The notes beneath the pieces were generated by a model that worked only from the letters and a program-made list of their open reading frames with translations, was not told the origin of the DNA and searched no databases. Below, in pieces: positions 28,390-37,716 of a stretch of DNA of 64,000 nucleotides. A program made the position numbers and the translations under genes. Every line of letters starts with the position of its first letter. Position 1 is the first letter of the stretch. The stretch is from Oscillospiraceae bacterium (GTDB lineage Bacteria; Bacillota; Clostridia; Monoglobales; WRAG01), in the NCBI GenBank assembly GCA_009780345.1, contig WRAG01000001.1, forward strand, positions 7,267 to 71,266, read 5' to 3'.

Positions 28390-29420
28390 TATTGCCCTCT
28401 GTTTCTGTGCGCTTGCTCTCGTTCGCGTGAAGCGGCGTTGTGCTCTGCCAATGTTCGGCTGAACACGTGTCCGGTTCCGTCGATATTGGCAGTAAAGTAT
28501 ATGTAATCGTGGGTTTCCCACTCCATTGCCGCTTGAAGCGAAAGAAGTCCGGGTGAAGCGATTGGACCTACCGGAAGCCCTGCGTGCATATAAGTATTGT
28601 ACGGTGAATCCATTCGTGTTTGCGCGATTGACAAAACCGCGGGACGTGTTCCTAAATCGAAAGTATACTTAACAGTTGCGCAGGATTGAAGCAACATTCC
28701 GATTCTGATTCTATTATAGAATACTCCGGCGATTGTAGGTCGTTCGGCATTGTTTACCGCTTCGCGCTCGACTATCGACGCCATGATTACGATTTCGTCG
28801 AGCGTTTGAGTCGGATTTATTCGATTGTAAACCGGTATAACGTTGCTTTCGAACGCTTGAAGCATCATATTTATGATATCCCATTCGGTGTGTGTCGGTA
28901 GAATATCATACGTTGCGGGGAAAAGATAACCCTCTAAACGATGGATTCGATTTGCCGTCGGGATTGCTCTTACAAAGTCGAAATCGAACACGCCGTTTTC
29001 CACTTCGCGCATAAATCGATCACGGTCGATTAAGCCACGGCTATACAGCCTGTCCACTATATTGCGAAGCTCGAAACCTTCGGGAATTGTAACTCGCTCG
29101 GTTCCGTCCGGAATAATAGGTTGCGGGATTCTTTGCAAAACTTCAATTATTTCGGCATAGCTCATATTGCCGTTTAGAACATGGTCGCCTTGCTGAAACA
29201 TTATATTATTCTGATTTGAAGCGTATCTTCTGAAGCTTCTCGCGCTTGATACGATGTTTTCCCGGCTCAAAATTTCAGAAATTTGGTTAAGTCCGGCGCC
29301 GGCAGGAATGGTAATCACTACGTCTTCTCCGCTTCCGCCGCGGCAACTGACGAAAAATACAATCGTCGCAACTGCTATGATAACAACAATTATAATAAGT
29401 AAAGTCAATAATTTTTTCAT
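28389..29420 (-). CDS. mltG: Endolytic murein transglycosylase MltG (YceG-like)
   Basis: N-terminal TM segment. IMASIVEREA, AGVFYNRIRIGMLLQSCATV and SPYNTY motifs. Confidence 0.92.
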   Translation of the reverse strand: MKKLLTLLIIIVVIIAVATIVFFVSCRGGSGEDVVITIPAGAGLNQISEILSRENIVSSARSFRRYASNQNNIMFQQGDHVLNGNMSYAEIIEVLQRIPQPIIPDGTERVTIPEGFELRNIVDRLYSRGLIDRDRFMREVENGVFDFDFVRAIPTANRIHRLEGYLFPATYDILPTHTEWDIINMMLQAFESNVIPVYNRINPTQTLDEIVIMASIVEREAVNNAERPTIAGVFYNRIRIGMLLQSCATVKYTFDLGTRPAVLSIAQTRMDSPYNTYMHAGLPVGPIASPGLLSLQAAMEWETHDYIYFTANIDGTGHVFSRTLAEHNAASREREQAHRNRGQ

Positions 29421-29450
29421 GATAATTCCTCCTTGAATTAAAGATACATC

Positions 29451-30392
29451 CTAACGAAAAAATACAAAATATTGTACGGCAACCGTTATTACCATACACA
29501 GTATAATGGGTACACTGAAGATATTGCGAAGTAAAAGCGGCGCGGCTTTTTTATCTTTATACTTCGGCGCGTTTGGAGTTATAATTCTAAATATAAATAT
29601 TGAAACGATAAACACAACAATCGCGCCTAAAATCATAAATACCGTAAGCGGAACGTTTATATAGCCCGCGGAATGGGAAAGCTGAAAAAACAAAAACGCC
29701 GTTAGATTATTTATAAAATGATAAAGTATTGCGGCGTAAATCGAATTTGTGCGCAGCATTACCATCACCGTCATAAGTCCTAAGAATATTAGCCCTGCGA
29801 AGTTGAATATATTCGGGTGAACCAACGCAAACACGAATGTTGAAAATAAAACCGCGAATATCGTTGATTGCCGCTCGGTTCCGCCGAATATAACGCCACG
29901 GAATAGAATTTCTTCAAGTATCGCGGGAATGATCGCCATTACGGCGACTCCCACAATAAATTCTATAGAATTGCTCGAAATTATGATACTTTCCGCCATC
30001 TCTATTTGAAAAACGTTCGTCTGTAATAATACCATAGGTACGTTTAATATTGCCATTATAAACTGCCCCGCGGCGGCGAGAATTACGATCATTAATCCTT
30101 GCATAAATGAAAATTTGTTTAATCGAAGCGATATTTTTTGAGATTCAGGCTCTCTGACCGTCTTGAAGTAAATAACCAAAGGTATCAAAACCGCCAAAAT
30201 GTGTATTATCAACATTCGCGCGTAGTTTAGAAGTGTTGTGGTTTCTATAAAACTGAAAATCGCGTCAATTGAAAGGGTTACTACATTTAGAGATATAAGC
30301 ACCCAAAAAATTAGCCATCGAATTTGGCGCATACTTTTCTTTTGTTCGTGAATCAATATTTTGTCGTTTTTTAAGCTTTGTCTATCTTCCAA
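29451..30392 (-). CDS. CPBP family intramembrane glutamic endopeptidase
   Basis: Multi-pass membrane protein with EEILFRG, FALVH and HFINN motifs. Confidence 0.85.
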   Translation of the reverse strand: MEDRQSLKNDKILIHEQKKSMRQIRWLIFWVLISLNVVTLSIDAIFSFIETTTLLNYARMLIIHILAVLIPLVIYFKTVREPESQKISLRLNKFSFMQGLMIVILAAAGQFIMAILNVPMVLLQTNVFQIEMAESIIISSNSIEFIVGVAVMAIIPAILEEILFRGVIFGGTERQSTIFAVLFSTFVFALVHPNIFNFAGLIFLGLMTVMVMLRTNSIYAAILYHFINNLTAFLFFQLSHSAGYINVPLTVFMILGAIVVFIVSIFIFRIITPNAPKYKDKKAAPLLLRNIFSVPIILCMVITVAVQYFVFFR

Positions 30393-31116
30393 TTTTCTTA
30401 CTCCTCATTACTGTAATCATAAATTTCGGAAGTGCCATAAACCTACCTATTCTTGACGGTTGTTTTAGTAAACGGTAGAACCATTCAAGATTTAGTTTTA
30501 TAAATATCTTCGGCGCGCGTTTTACGTTGCCGGCAAATACGTCAAGCGCGCCGCCGAGACCTAGCGCTAATTTTACATTTAATTTATCGCGATTCTCGTA
30601 TATCCATTTTTCCTGTTTCGGCGCGCCGAGGCAGGCGAATAAGATGTCAGCGTTTGATTGATTGATTTGTTCGATAATTTCCGGTGTTTCTTCGTCTTTG
30701 AAATATCCGTTTCGGGTTCCGGCGATTTTTAAGGTTGAATGTTTTTCGATCAACTTTTCCGCCGCGGTATCGGCGATATTTGGAGCGGCGCCGAATAAGA
30801 ATATTGATTTTCCGGCTTGCGACGCGTATTCTATTAAAGCGGTTGCCAAATCAAAGCCGGCGACACGCTCGACAAGCGGCGTTTTTAATATTTTCGCGCC
30901 GTAAACAACCCCGATTCCGTCAGGCGTACAGATTGACGCGGAATTTAGGATATTTTCGAAGGTTTCGTCGTTACGCGCAAGCATAATGATTTCGGGATTT
31001 GGGGTAAATATCATGTCCGTTTCATTCGTTTCAATCAATGATTTTGCTTTTTCAAAAGTATCGTTAAAACTTAGATTATCAATATTTACGCCCAGTATGT
31101 TTATCTTATTATTCAT
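30382..31116 (-). CDS. tagA: WecB/TagA/CpsF family glycosyltransferase
   Basis: ILGVNIDNLSF...TPNPEI...CLGAPKQEKW...LEWFYRL motifs. Confidence 0.88.
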   Translation of the reverse strand: MNNKINILGVNIDNLSFNDTFEKAKSLIETNETDMIFTPNPEIIMLARNDETFENILNSASICTPDGIGVVYGAKILKTPLVERVAGFDLATALIEYASQAGKSIFLFGAAPNIADTAAEKLIEKHSTLKIAGTRNGYFKDEETPEIIEQINQSNADILFACLGAPKQEKWIYENRDKLNVKLALGLGGALDVFAGNVKRAPKIFIKLNLEWFYRLLKQPSRIGRFMALPKFMITVMRSKKIGR

Positions 31117-31461
31117 ATAGTTTCACCGTTTAACATTGTAGCACATTATTTCAGAAAATTCAACATATTATTATATAAAATAAATATAAACTTTTATAGT
31201 TGTAGTAGTAATAATGGTGTTAAAAATGTTGATAAGTGTATGAATGTGTTTTAAAGTATGAAAAAATTATGTATAAAACTTGTGGATTGTTTGTAAAAGA
31301 TATAAACATCATAGATATAGTATTTTTGTAAAAAGTTATGCACAAGTTATTGAGGTTGATAGTGTTCATTGTGTGCAGTAAAAAATTTAAAAAATGTTAT
31401 TGTATTTTGTAGAATTATATGATAAACTTAAATGAATACAAATAAAAAAGGAAGTGGACAT
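31117..31461. other. oriC: Putative chromosomal origin region (oriC-like AT-rich gap upstream of dnaN)
   Basis: 345-bp non-coding gap at a divergent gene-orientation switch. It is very AT-rich (9 G/C in nt 31141-31200). DnaA-box-like 9-mers are TTATGCACA (31336-31344), TGTTGATAA (31227-31235) and TGTGGATTG (31281-31289). Confidence 0.55.
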
Positions 31462-32568
31462 ATGAAATTAAGATGTACGAAGGAAAGTTTGATTGACGCT
31501 ATAAATATCGTATCTAAGGCGGTGTCGGCGAGGTCGACTATCGCCGTTATTGAGGGGATTCATATTAAAGCGATTGAAGGGAATACGCTTCGACTTACTG
31601 GAAACGATTTTGAGATTGGAATTGAGTGTGTTATTGACGCGCAGGTGGAAACTCCGGGTGAAATTGTTGTAAACGCGAAGATGTTTGGAGATATTGTGCG
31701 CAAACTTCCGGAAGATGCTGTGGACGTTGAACTTTTGGAGAATAATTTGACGAGGATTAAAAGCGGGAAGTCGAAATTCGAGATTCCCGGAATTGTTGCG
31801 ACCGAATTTCCGGAATTGCCGGCGTTTGACTCGGAATATAGTATCAGCATAAGCAAAACAAATATCAAAAAGATGATTAATAATACAATATTTTCGGTTG
31901 GAACGAGCGAGAATAAGATTGTGCTGACCGGATGTTTGCTTGAAACGCTTGGCGAGAAGATTCGAATGGTTGCGGTTGACGGATATCGTCTTGCTATGAG
32001 AGATGAGAAGTTGCCGAAAGAGTATGAAGAGAGAAGCGTTATTATTCCGTCGAAGGCGCTTTCGGAGTTGAATAAAATTTTGAAAGACGGCGACGAGGAA
32101 ATTGAGATTAACTATACGCAGAAGCATGCGGTGTTTTTGTTTGATAATTGTAAGATGGTGACGCGGTTGATCGAGGGCGAGTATATAAACTATCGTCAGA
32201 TTATGCCGACGGATAGCGGGATTGAGATTAAGTGCGATGTTCGCGCTTTGGTGGATTCGATTGAGCGGGCGGCGCTTGTGAATACCAGCGATATCAATAA
32301 AAGTCCGATTAAGATGAAAATTGGCGGCGATAATATTAATATCAGTTGTCAGACCAGCGTTGGAACGGTTGATGATAATCTTGCGGCGGAGACGGGCGAC
32401 GCCGATTTGGAAATTGGGTTTAATCATAAGTTTTTGCTTGACGCGCTTCACGCTTGCGAGGGTGAGGAAGTTGTTTTGAAGATGAAAGCGGCTAACTTGC
32501 CGTGCGTTATCGAGCCGGCGGAGGGAAATGACTATTATTATTTGATATTGCCTGTTAGGTTGGGATAA
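31462..32568 (+). CDS. dnaN: DNA polymerase III beta sliding clamp
   Basis: MKLRCTKESLIDAINIVSKAVS... 368 aa of typical DnaN sequence. Start at ATG 31462 after AAAGGAAGTGG. Confidence 0.95.
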   Translation: MKLRCTKESLIDAINIVSKAVSARSTIAVIEGIHIKAIEGNTLRLTGNDFEIGIECVIDAQVETPGEIVVNAKMFGDIVRKLPEDAVDVELLENNLTRIKSGKSKFEIPGIVATEFPELPAFDSEYSISISKTNIKKMINNTIFSVGTSENKIVLTGCLLETLGEKIRMVAVDGYRLAMRDEKLPKEYEERSVIIPSKALSELNKILKDGDEEIEINYTQKHAVFLFDNCKMVTRLIEGEYINYRQIMPTDSGIEIKCDVRALVDSIERAALVNTSDINKSPIKMKIGGDNINISCQTSVGTVDDNLAAETGDADLEIGFNHKFLLDALHACEGEEVVLKMKAANLPCVIEPAEGNDYYYLILPVRLG

Positions 32569-32592
32569 AAACATTAATTAGGAGGCGTTATC

Positions 32593-33504
32593 GTGGAAAA
32601 TACTACTATAGCTATCATCGTTATTGCTTCTATTGTTGGATTTATTTTGCTGACCGGGATATTTACCGTGCGGCAACAGTCGGTCGCGATTATTGAGCGA
32701 TTCGGTAAATTCAGAAGAACGGCGAACGCGGGTTTACATTATCGTGTGCCGCTTGGTATTGATCGCGTGGTTTATCGAGTGCAGTTGCGCGTGCAACAAA
32801 ATCATATGGTTATCGAAACGAAAACGCAGGATAATGTTTTCGTGCATATGAACGTCGCGGTTCATTATCAAGTTGACCCTGTTAAAGTGAAAGAGGCGTA
32901 TTATTCGTTGGTTGATCCTGTTCGGCAGCTAACTTCATATGTTGAGGACGCAATTCGTTCGTCGTTGCCGAAATATACGTTGGATGAATCTTTTGAGCGT
33001 GAGGGCGATATTGCGAGGGACGTTCACAAACAACTTAGCGAAGAGATGGCGAAGTTTGGTTATGTTATTATTCGTACTTTGATCACTTCGATTGAGCCTG
33101 CGAAAGAAGTTAGAGAGGCGATGAACGCCATCAACGCGGCGCAACGTCAAAAAATGGCGGCGCAGGAATTGGCGAACGCCGATAAAATTCGTGTGGTGAC
33201 TGCGGCGGAAGCCGAAGCGGATCGTAACCGATTGCACGGCGAGGGTATTGCAAATCAGCGTAAGGCTATTATTGACGGGTTGAATAGTTCGTTTGGCGAG
33301 TTAAAATCAACAGGATTGAACGAAAAAGATGTTATGAGCATTTTGCTGACCGAGCAATATCTTGATATGTTAGGTTCGTTTGCGAAACAAGGTACGCATA
33401 CGATTTTGCTACCCAATAATGCGACGGGATCGGAAGATATACGCGCTCAAATTTTGAGCGCGCTTGCGGTGAATGAGAAGCGGCGAAATGAGGATGAAAA
33501 ATAA
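32593..33504 (+). CDS. SPFH/band 7 domain membrane protein
   Basis: N-terminal TM segment then an SPFH domain (VRQQSVAIIERFGKF...). GTG start after AGGAGG. Confidence 0.85.
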   Translation: MENTTIAIIVIASIVGFILLTGIFTVRQQSVAIIERFGKFRRTANAGLHYRVPLGIDRVVYRVQLRVQQNHMVIETKTQDNVFVHMNVAVHYQVDPVKVKEAYYSLVDPVRQLTSYVEDAIRSSLPKYTLDESFEREGDIARDVHKQLSEEMAKFGYVIIRTLITSIEPAKEVREAMNAINAAQRQKMAAQELANADKIRVVTAAEAEADRNRLHGEGIANQRKAIIDGLNSSFGELKSTGLNEKDVMSILLTEQYLDMLGSFAKQGTHTILLPNNATGSEDIRAQILSALAVNEKRRNEDEK

Positions 33505-34295
33505 TGTTGAGGAACTTAAATGCGTGTAAGTTGAAGTGGATTGCGATTATCGGAATGGTTCTTAGCCACATGACCTATGCATGGTGGGATATTATGCCTT
33601 TTTGGTTAAGCATGGTGCTTAATGGTCTTGGAGGGCTTACATTTGCCATTATGGCTTACTTTGTGGTTGAAGGATATCGGCATACCTCTAATCTTTTGAA
33701 ATATATAGGGCGATTACTTTTGTTTGGATTAATTGCGGCACCTTTTCATTTTTTAGTTATAGGATTTCCGTCTTTAAACATCATGTTTACCATAGCTTTG
33801 GGATTGGTTGTTTTATTGCTGTATGATAAGATAAAAATTAAGGCGCTGTTTTGGGTACTGTATGTGATAGTGATAGTTCCGGTTTCGCTGATTTTTGAAA
33901 TGTATTTTATCGGAGTTACGATGATATTGCTGTTTCATATTATTAAGAACGAAAATGCGAGACGAATTGTGCCGCCGATTTTTGCGGGCGTGTGCTGGCT
34001 TGGACTTGCAGGGCTTACATTATGGAGCTTATCTATGCTCGGAGGAGCGGTAGATCCGGCTTATGGCGGATTATTCCGTAATGCGCATCTTCAAATGGAT
34101 TTCCATTTTATGATGACGTTGATACCTTTTGGTGTTGTTTGCGCTCTTACTTCGGTTTTGCTTAAAAACTATAACGGAGAGCGCGGAAAGCGGATGAAGT
34201 GGACATTTTATGTTATTTATCCGTTACATTTTGCTGTGCTTGCGGCGATTGGTATTGCGATAGGGACGATAAGTTTAAGTATGTTTGGATTTTAG
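33504..34295 (+). CDS. TraX family membrane protein
   Basis: LKWIAIIGMVLSHM N-terminal motif in a polytopic membrane protein. Confidence 0.75.
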   Translation: MLRNLNACKLKWIAIIGMVLSHMTYAWWDIMPFWLSMVLNGLGGLTFAIMAYFVVEGYRHTSNLLKYIGRLLLFGLIAAPFHFLVIGFPSLNIMFTIALGLVVLLLYDKIKIKALFWVLYVIVIVPVSLIFEMYFIGVTMILLFHIIKNENARRIVPPIFAGVCWLGLAGLTLWSLSMLGGAVDPAYGGLFRNAHLQMDFHFMMTLIPFGVVCALTSVLLKNYNGERGKRMKWTFYVIYPLHFAVLAAIGIAIGTISLSMFGF

Positions 34296-34324
34296 GATTT
34301 TAAGTTGAAATAGGAGGAATTACT

Positions 34325-34627
34325 GTGGCTAACGCGGTTTATTATGTTTCTTTTAAGCTTAAAAAGGGGACTGTTGTAGAGGATTTTTTGGCTGCGGCGG
34401 AGAATTTGAATAACGAGTTTATATCCAAGCAGAGAGGATATGTTTCGTGGAAGCAAATGGTTGACGGCGACACTTGGGCAGATGTTTTAACTTTTGAAAC
34501 GATGGACGATCTTGAGAATTTTCAGGTTGTGTCGAGCAATCCAAGCGAAGTGGCGAAAAAGTTTTATTCGTTTATCAATTTGCCCAGCTGTAAGAGTCAC
34601 TTTTTCTCGGTTGAGAGAAGTTATTAA
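34325..34627 (+). CDS. Hypothetical protein (possible dimeric alpha/beta-barrel fold)
   Basis: 100-aa ORF with a GTG start after AGGAGG. Family not confidently recognised. Confidence 0.55.
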   Translation: MANAVYYVSFKLKKGTVVEDFLAAAENLNNEFISKQRGYVSWKQMVDGDTWADVLTFETMDDLENFQVVSSNPSEVAKKFYSFINLPSCKSHFFSVERSY

Positions 34628-34661
34628 TAAGATGATATTAATAAAAGAGGAGTTTTTAATT

Positions 34662-35204
34662 ATGAGAAAAATATTGATGATTATATTAGCAGTATTTGCA
34701 ATGATGATATTTGTGGGCTGTGGTGGAAATGGCGGAGGACGAGCAAGCGATCTTGGGTTTGGGGAATTTCGTGATACTCAAACGGGTACAACCATGTCCA
34801 TTGGGGATTTAAAATCAGATTTTGAACAAGCGTTTGGCGTAGGGCAATTATATGATTCAGGGCGAACAAGAGATACTTATGAATATTTTGACGGTCTTAT
34901 GCGAGCAACTTTTGAGCGTTCAAGCGGAGAGCTAGTACTTATTCGTTTTTATGCACCGGAAAGGGCTCCGCAAGAGGGCAGATTTGAAATTTTGGACATC
35001 TGGCTTGGTATGACACGGGAAGAGTTGATTGAAGTTGAAGGCACTATGGCTTTCCAACTTGAAACCGCCGGTATGACAGGGCGGAGTATCAGCCCTGAGG
35101 GCGAGATACGTTCTGTAACAGGTCCTCGAAGGAACACATATGGCGCTTTGGCAACGGTTGAAGGCGATTATGTTGTGATGATACAGCTTTCTTGGGAAGA
35201 TTAG
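34662..35204 (+). CDS. Putative lipoprotein
   Basis: MRKILMIILAVFAMMIFVGCGGNGGG has a signal peptide plus lipobox (FVGC). AAGAGGAG RBS. The ORF-track upstream extension was discarded. Confidence 0.75.
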   Translation: MRKILMIILAVFAMMIFVGCGGNGGGRASDLGFGEFRDTQTGTTMSIGDLKSDFEQAFGVGQLYDSGRTRDTYEYFDGLMRATFERSSGELVLIRFYAPERAPQEGRFEILDIWLGMTREELIEVEGTMAFQLETAGMTGRSISPEGEIRSVTGPRRNTYGALATVEGDYVVMIQLSWED

Positions 35205-35232
35205 CATTTAAGCAGTAAGAGGAAATGGGTTT

Positions 35233-36336
35233 ATGCAGATAAAGAGATTATCACTCAAGAGTTTTCGTAACTATGAGAGTGAAGAGTTTGAATTTAATAG
35301 CGGCGTGACCGTGATATATGGAAATAATGCACAGGGCAAGACGAATGTTCTTGAAGCTGTGCATTTATTTTCTATGGGGAAATCTCATCGCACACATAAA
35401 GATAAGGAAATGATTTTGTTCGGCAATGATACCTCGACTGCGGTGCTGGATTTTGTATCGTGCGGGATGGAAAATCGGTCGGAAATTGTGATTAACAAGG
35501 ATGCGCGAAAGCTTATCAAAGTGAATGGGATTTTGATTCCGAAAATCAGCGTTCTTATGGGGCGGTTTAACGTTGTTTTGTTTTGTCCCGAGCATTTGGC
35601 GTTGGTGAAAGACCAGCCGCGCGGGCGGCGGAAGAATTTGGACGCGTTTATCAGTCAGTTGCGTCCGAATTATTTTTCTGCGCTTTTGCAATACCAGAAG
35701 ATTGTCGCGGGGAAGAATATGTTGCTTGGAAAATCAGGGAATTTCGCATTTGACGGCGTACTTGATGTTTGGAACGAGAAGCTTGTGAGCGTTGCGGCGG
35801 AGATTTTGAAGTATCGGCATGAGTATATCAAGCGATTGGAAGTCGTTATGGCGGAGGTTTTGCGGGATATATCCGGTGGAGCGGAAGAATTTTCGATGAA
35901 GTATAACTCTTGCGTCGGTGATATTGACGGCAAGAGTTCGGAGGAGATTCGGGAGCTGCTGTCCGACAAGCTTGCGCGGTCAGCCGGGCGGGAGCGGGAG
36001 TTGCAGAAATGTGTCGTGGGGCCGCATAGGGATGATATTACTTTCTATATTAATGGGAAGGAAGCGAGGGCGTTTGGGTCGCAGGGGCAACAGAAAACGG
36101 TCGCGCTTGCGTTGAAGCTTGCGGAAGTTAGGATTATTCGGGAGGAGATTGGGGAATTTCCGGTGCTTTTGCTTGACGATATTATGAGTGAGTTGGACGG
36201 GAGTCGGCGCGGGTACATATTGAGTGAGATTAGAGATATGCAGGTGATTATCACCGCGACGGACAGAGATATGTTTGAGGGGTTGGGCGAAGATGTTTGC
36301 TACATTAGGGTGGAGAGCGGAAGGGTTGCGGACTAA
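35233..36336 (+). CDS. recF: DNA replication and repair protein RecF
   Basis: GNNAQGKTNVLEA Walker A, the SQGQQKT signature and LLLDDIMSELD Walker B. Confidence 0.95.
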   Translation: MQIKRLSLKSFRNYESEEFEFNSGVTVIYGNNAQGKTNVLEAVHLFSMGKSHRTHKDKEMILFGNDTSTAVLDFVSCGMENRSEIVINKDARKLIKVNGILIPKISVLMGRFNVVLFCPEHLALVKDQPRGRRKNLDAFISQLRPNYFSALLQYQKIVAGKNMLLGKSGNFAFDGVLDVWNEKLVSVAAEILKYRHEYIKRLEVVMAEVLRDISGGAEEFSMKYNSCVGDIDGKSSEEIRELLSDKLARSAGRERELQKCVVGPHRDDITFYINGKEARAFGSQGQQKTVALALKLAEVRIIREEIGEFPVLLLDDIMSELDGSRRGYILSEIRDMQVIITATDRDMFEGLGEDVCYIRVESGRVAD

Positions 36337-36512
36337 TCCTCCCGCTCTAAAATAATTTCACCTTTTTCGGCTTCATATTCTTCTATGCAATTTTGGGTTA
36401 TGAATTCTAGCTGTGCATTTAACGAGCGGCGATTTTTCTTAGCGATATAAGTTATTTTTTTCAGCATTTCTTCTTTAAATCTTATACCTGTTTGAATCTT
36501 TTCAGTAGGCAT
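36333..36512 (-). CDS. Ribbon-helix-helix (Arc/CopG-like) DNA-binding protein, 59 aa
   Basis: Hand translation: MPTEKIQTGIRFKEEMLKKITYIAKKNRRSLNAQLEFITQNCIEEYEAEKGEIILERED. Shows the RHH pattern (beta strand, then RSLNAQLE helix). Its stop overlaps the recF stop. Below the ORF-track cutoff. Confidence 0.7.
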   Translation of the reverse strand: MPTEKIQTGIRFKEEMLKKITYIAKKNRRSLNAQLEFITQNCIEEYEAEKGEIILERED

Positions 36513-36597
36513 GATAACACTCCTCTGTCATTTTGATAACATTTTATTATAAAAAACCTTGACTGTCTACAAACAATGTGTTATCATATTGTTATCA
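36512..36597. promoter_or_regulatory. Divergent control region with four 8-bp operator-like repeats and a TTGACT-17-TATCAT promoter
   Basis: TGATAACA at 36512 and 36534. The inverted form TGTTATCA at 36579 and 36590. Plus-strand -35 at 36559-36564 and -10 at 36582-36587. Confidence 0.5.
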
Positions 36598-36608
36598 GAG
36601 GTGAAAAT

Positions 36609-36749
36609 ATGAAGAGGAAAATATACTTAATAAAATGGATAATACTTCATTTTTGTATGCAGAGAAGCATAAAAATGTCACATTGGTTTGCTGATAAGTT
36701 TTTCAATTTAGTGGAAAAAGAGATGAATTGCCGAAAAACTGTAAAATAA
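36609..36749 (+). CDS. Possible small basic/hydrophobic peptide (46 aa), speculative
   Basis: GAGGTG RBS 5 nt before the ATG. MKRKIYLIKWIILHFCMQRSIKMSHWFADKFFNLVEKEMNCRKTVK. Divergent from the RHH gene. No homology recognised. Confidence 0.3.
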   Translation: MKRKIYLIKWIILHFCMQRSIKMSHWFADKFFNLVEKEMNCRKTVK

Positions 36750-36752
36750 TGC

Positions 36753-36781
36753 TTGACATATGGGGTTAGATGTTGTATACT
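36753..36781 (+). promoter_or_regulatory. Strong sigma-70-type promoter, likely the S10 operon promoter
   Basis: TTGACA (36753-36758), 17-nt spacer, TATACT (36776-36781), about 430 nt upstream of rpsJ. Confidence 0.65.
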
Positions 36782-37057
36782 ATTCAAGCACGTCTAAGAC
36801 AGACGATGATTTCAGAGATGGCAAACACTTGATATTCAAGGGGTTTGGGAACTTTGGAGGAGATTGTCCGGTTTCAAAAAAGCGGGCGTTTGCGTGCGAG
36901 GTAGTATCGAAAATTCAGATTTTATTGAAAAGTGGGCAGTTTTTAAGGTTGTCTATGTTTCGAAGTCTGTTTTGCCCGAAATCGTTATGCCGTAAGGCTT
37001 AGCGGTGCTTCGGGAAATTTTATAGTAATATAAAGTACGCCCGGCACAGTGTGAAAT

Positions 37058-37180
37058 TTTGCGTGAAATTACGCAATATTCCGTCGAAACATCGCCCACA
37101 GAAAATCCTCAACGTATAACCCATACGTCTGCGGTTTTCCGGGACTCGTTTCGACGAAATATTACGCAATTTGACGCAAA
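37058..37180 (+). repeat. Family A repeat (A1 core), forward, in the rpsJ leader
   Basis: TTTGCGTGAAATTACGCAAT...AATCCTCAACGTATAACCCATACGTCTGCGG...TTACGCAATTTGACGCAAA. Confidence 0.9.
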
Positions 37181-37210
37181 ATTAAGAATTTTATTAAGGA
37201 GGGCTATTTT

Positions 37211-37519
37211 ATGGCGGCAGAAAAAATTAGAATCAGACTTAAATCTTACGATCACAATTTGGTTGATCAATCGGCGGCGAAGATCGTGGATACCGCAACG
37301 AGAACGGGGGCGAAAATTTCGGGTCCTATTCCGTTGCCGACGAAGAAGGAGATTATCACTATCCTTCGCGCGGTGCATAAGTACAAAGACAGCCGTGAGC
37401 AGTTTGAACTGAGAACGCACAAACGTTTGATTGATGTTTTGGGTCCGACGGCGAAAACGATTGACGCGCTGAAGAACTTGGATTTACCGGCGGGCGTTGA
37501 TATTGAAATTAAGATATAA
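37211..37519 (+). CDS. rpsJ: 30S ribosomal protein S10
   Basis: [18 protein letters not shown]...GPIPLPT...[14 protein letters not shown]-like sequence. Confidence 0.98.
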   Translation: MAAEKIRIRLKSYDHNLVDQSAAKIVDTATRTGAKISGPIPLPTKKEIITILRAVHKYKDSREQFELRTHKRLIDVLGPTAKTIDALKNLDLPAGVDIEIKI

Positions 37520-37521
37520 AA

Positions 37522-37644
37522 TTTGCGTGAAATCACGCAATCTTTCGTCGAAACTGCAATGACGAAAAATCCTCAACGTATCACATATACGCCTGCGGTT
37601 TTTCGCATCTTGTTTCAACGAAATCTCACGCAATTTGACGCAAA
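37522..37644 (+). repeat. Family A repeat (A1 core), forward
   Basis: Starts 2 nt after the rpsJ TAA. Central hairpin CGTAT-CACAT-ATACG. Ends CACGCAATTTGACGCAAA. Confidence 0.9.
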
Positions 37645-37716
37645 TTTGGGTATATGTGTTGCGTGAAGGTCATGTCGGTGGAATGTGCCGACCAATAACC
37701 GAAAGGAGAAGTATTA

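Noticed and set aside
31468-32574. 368-aa ORF on the minus strand covering all of dnaN. There are similar long antisense ORFs at 6644-7423 (opposite ddh), 24381-25148 (opposite thyA), 17063-17629 (opposite prs), 22702-23277 (opposite serS) and 44721-45056 (opposite rplE).
   Set aside because: Each is the mirror frame of a gene with unmistakable conserved motifs. Their translations are low-complexity (R/N/I/F-rich) and have no recognisable domains or RBS.
36760-37002. 80-aa ORF in the rpsJ leader.
   Set aside because: It starts inside the promoter spacer (-35 at 36753-36758, -10 at 36776-36781), has no RBS and has odd composition. It is more likely a non-coding leader.
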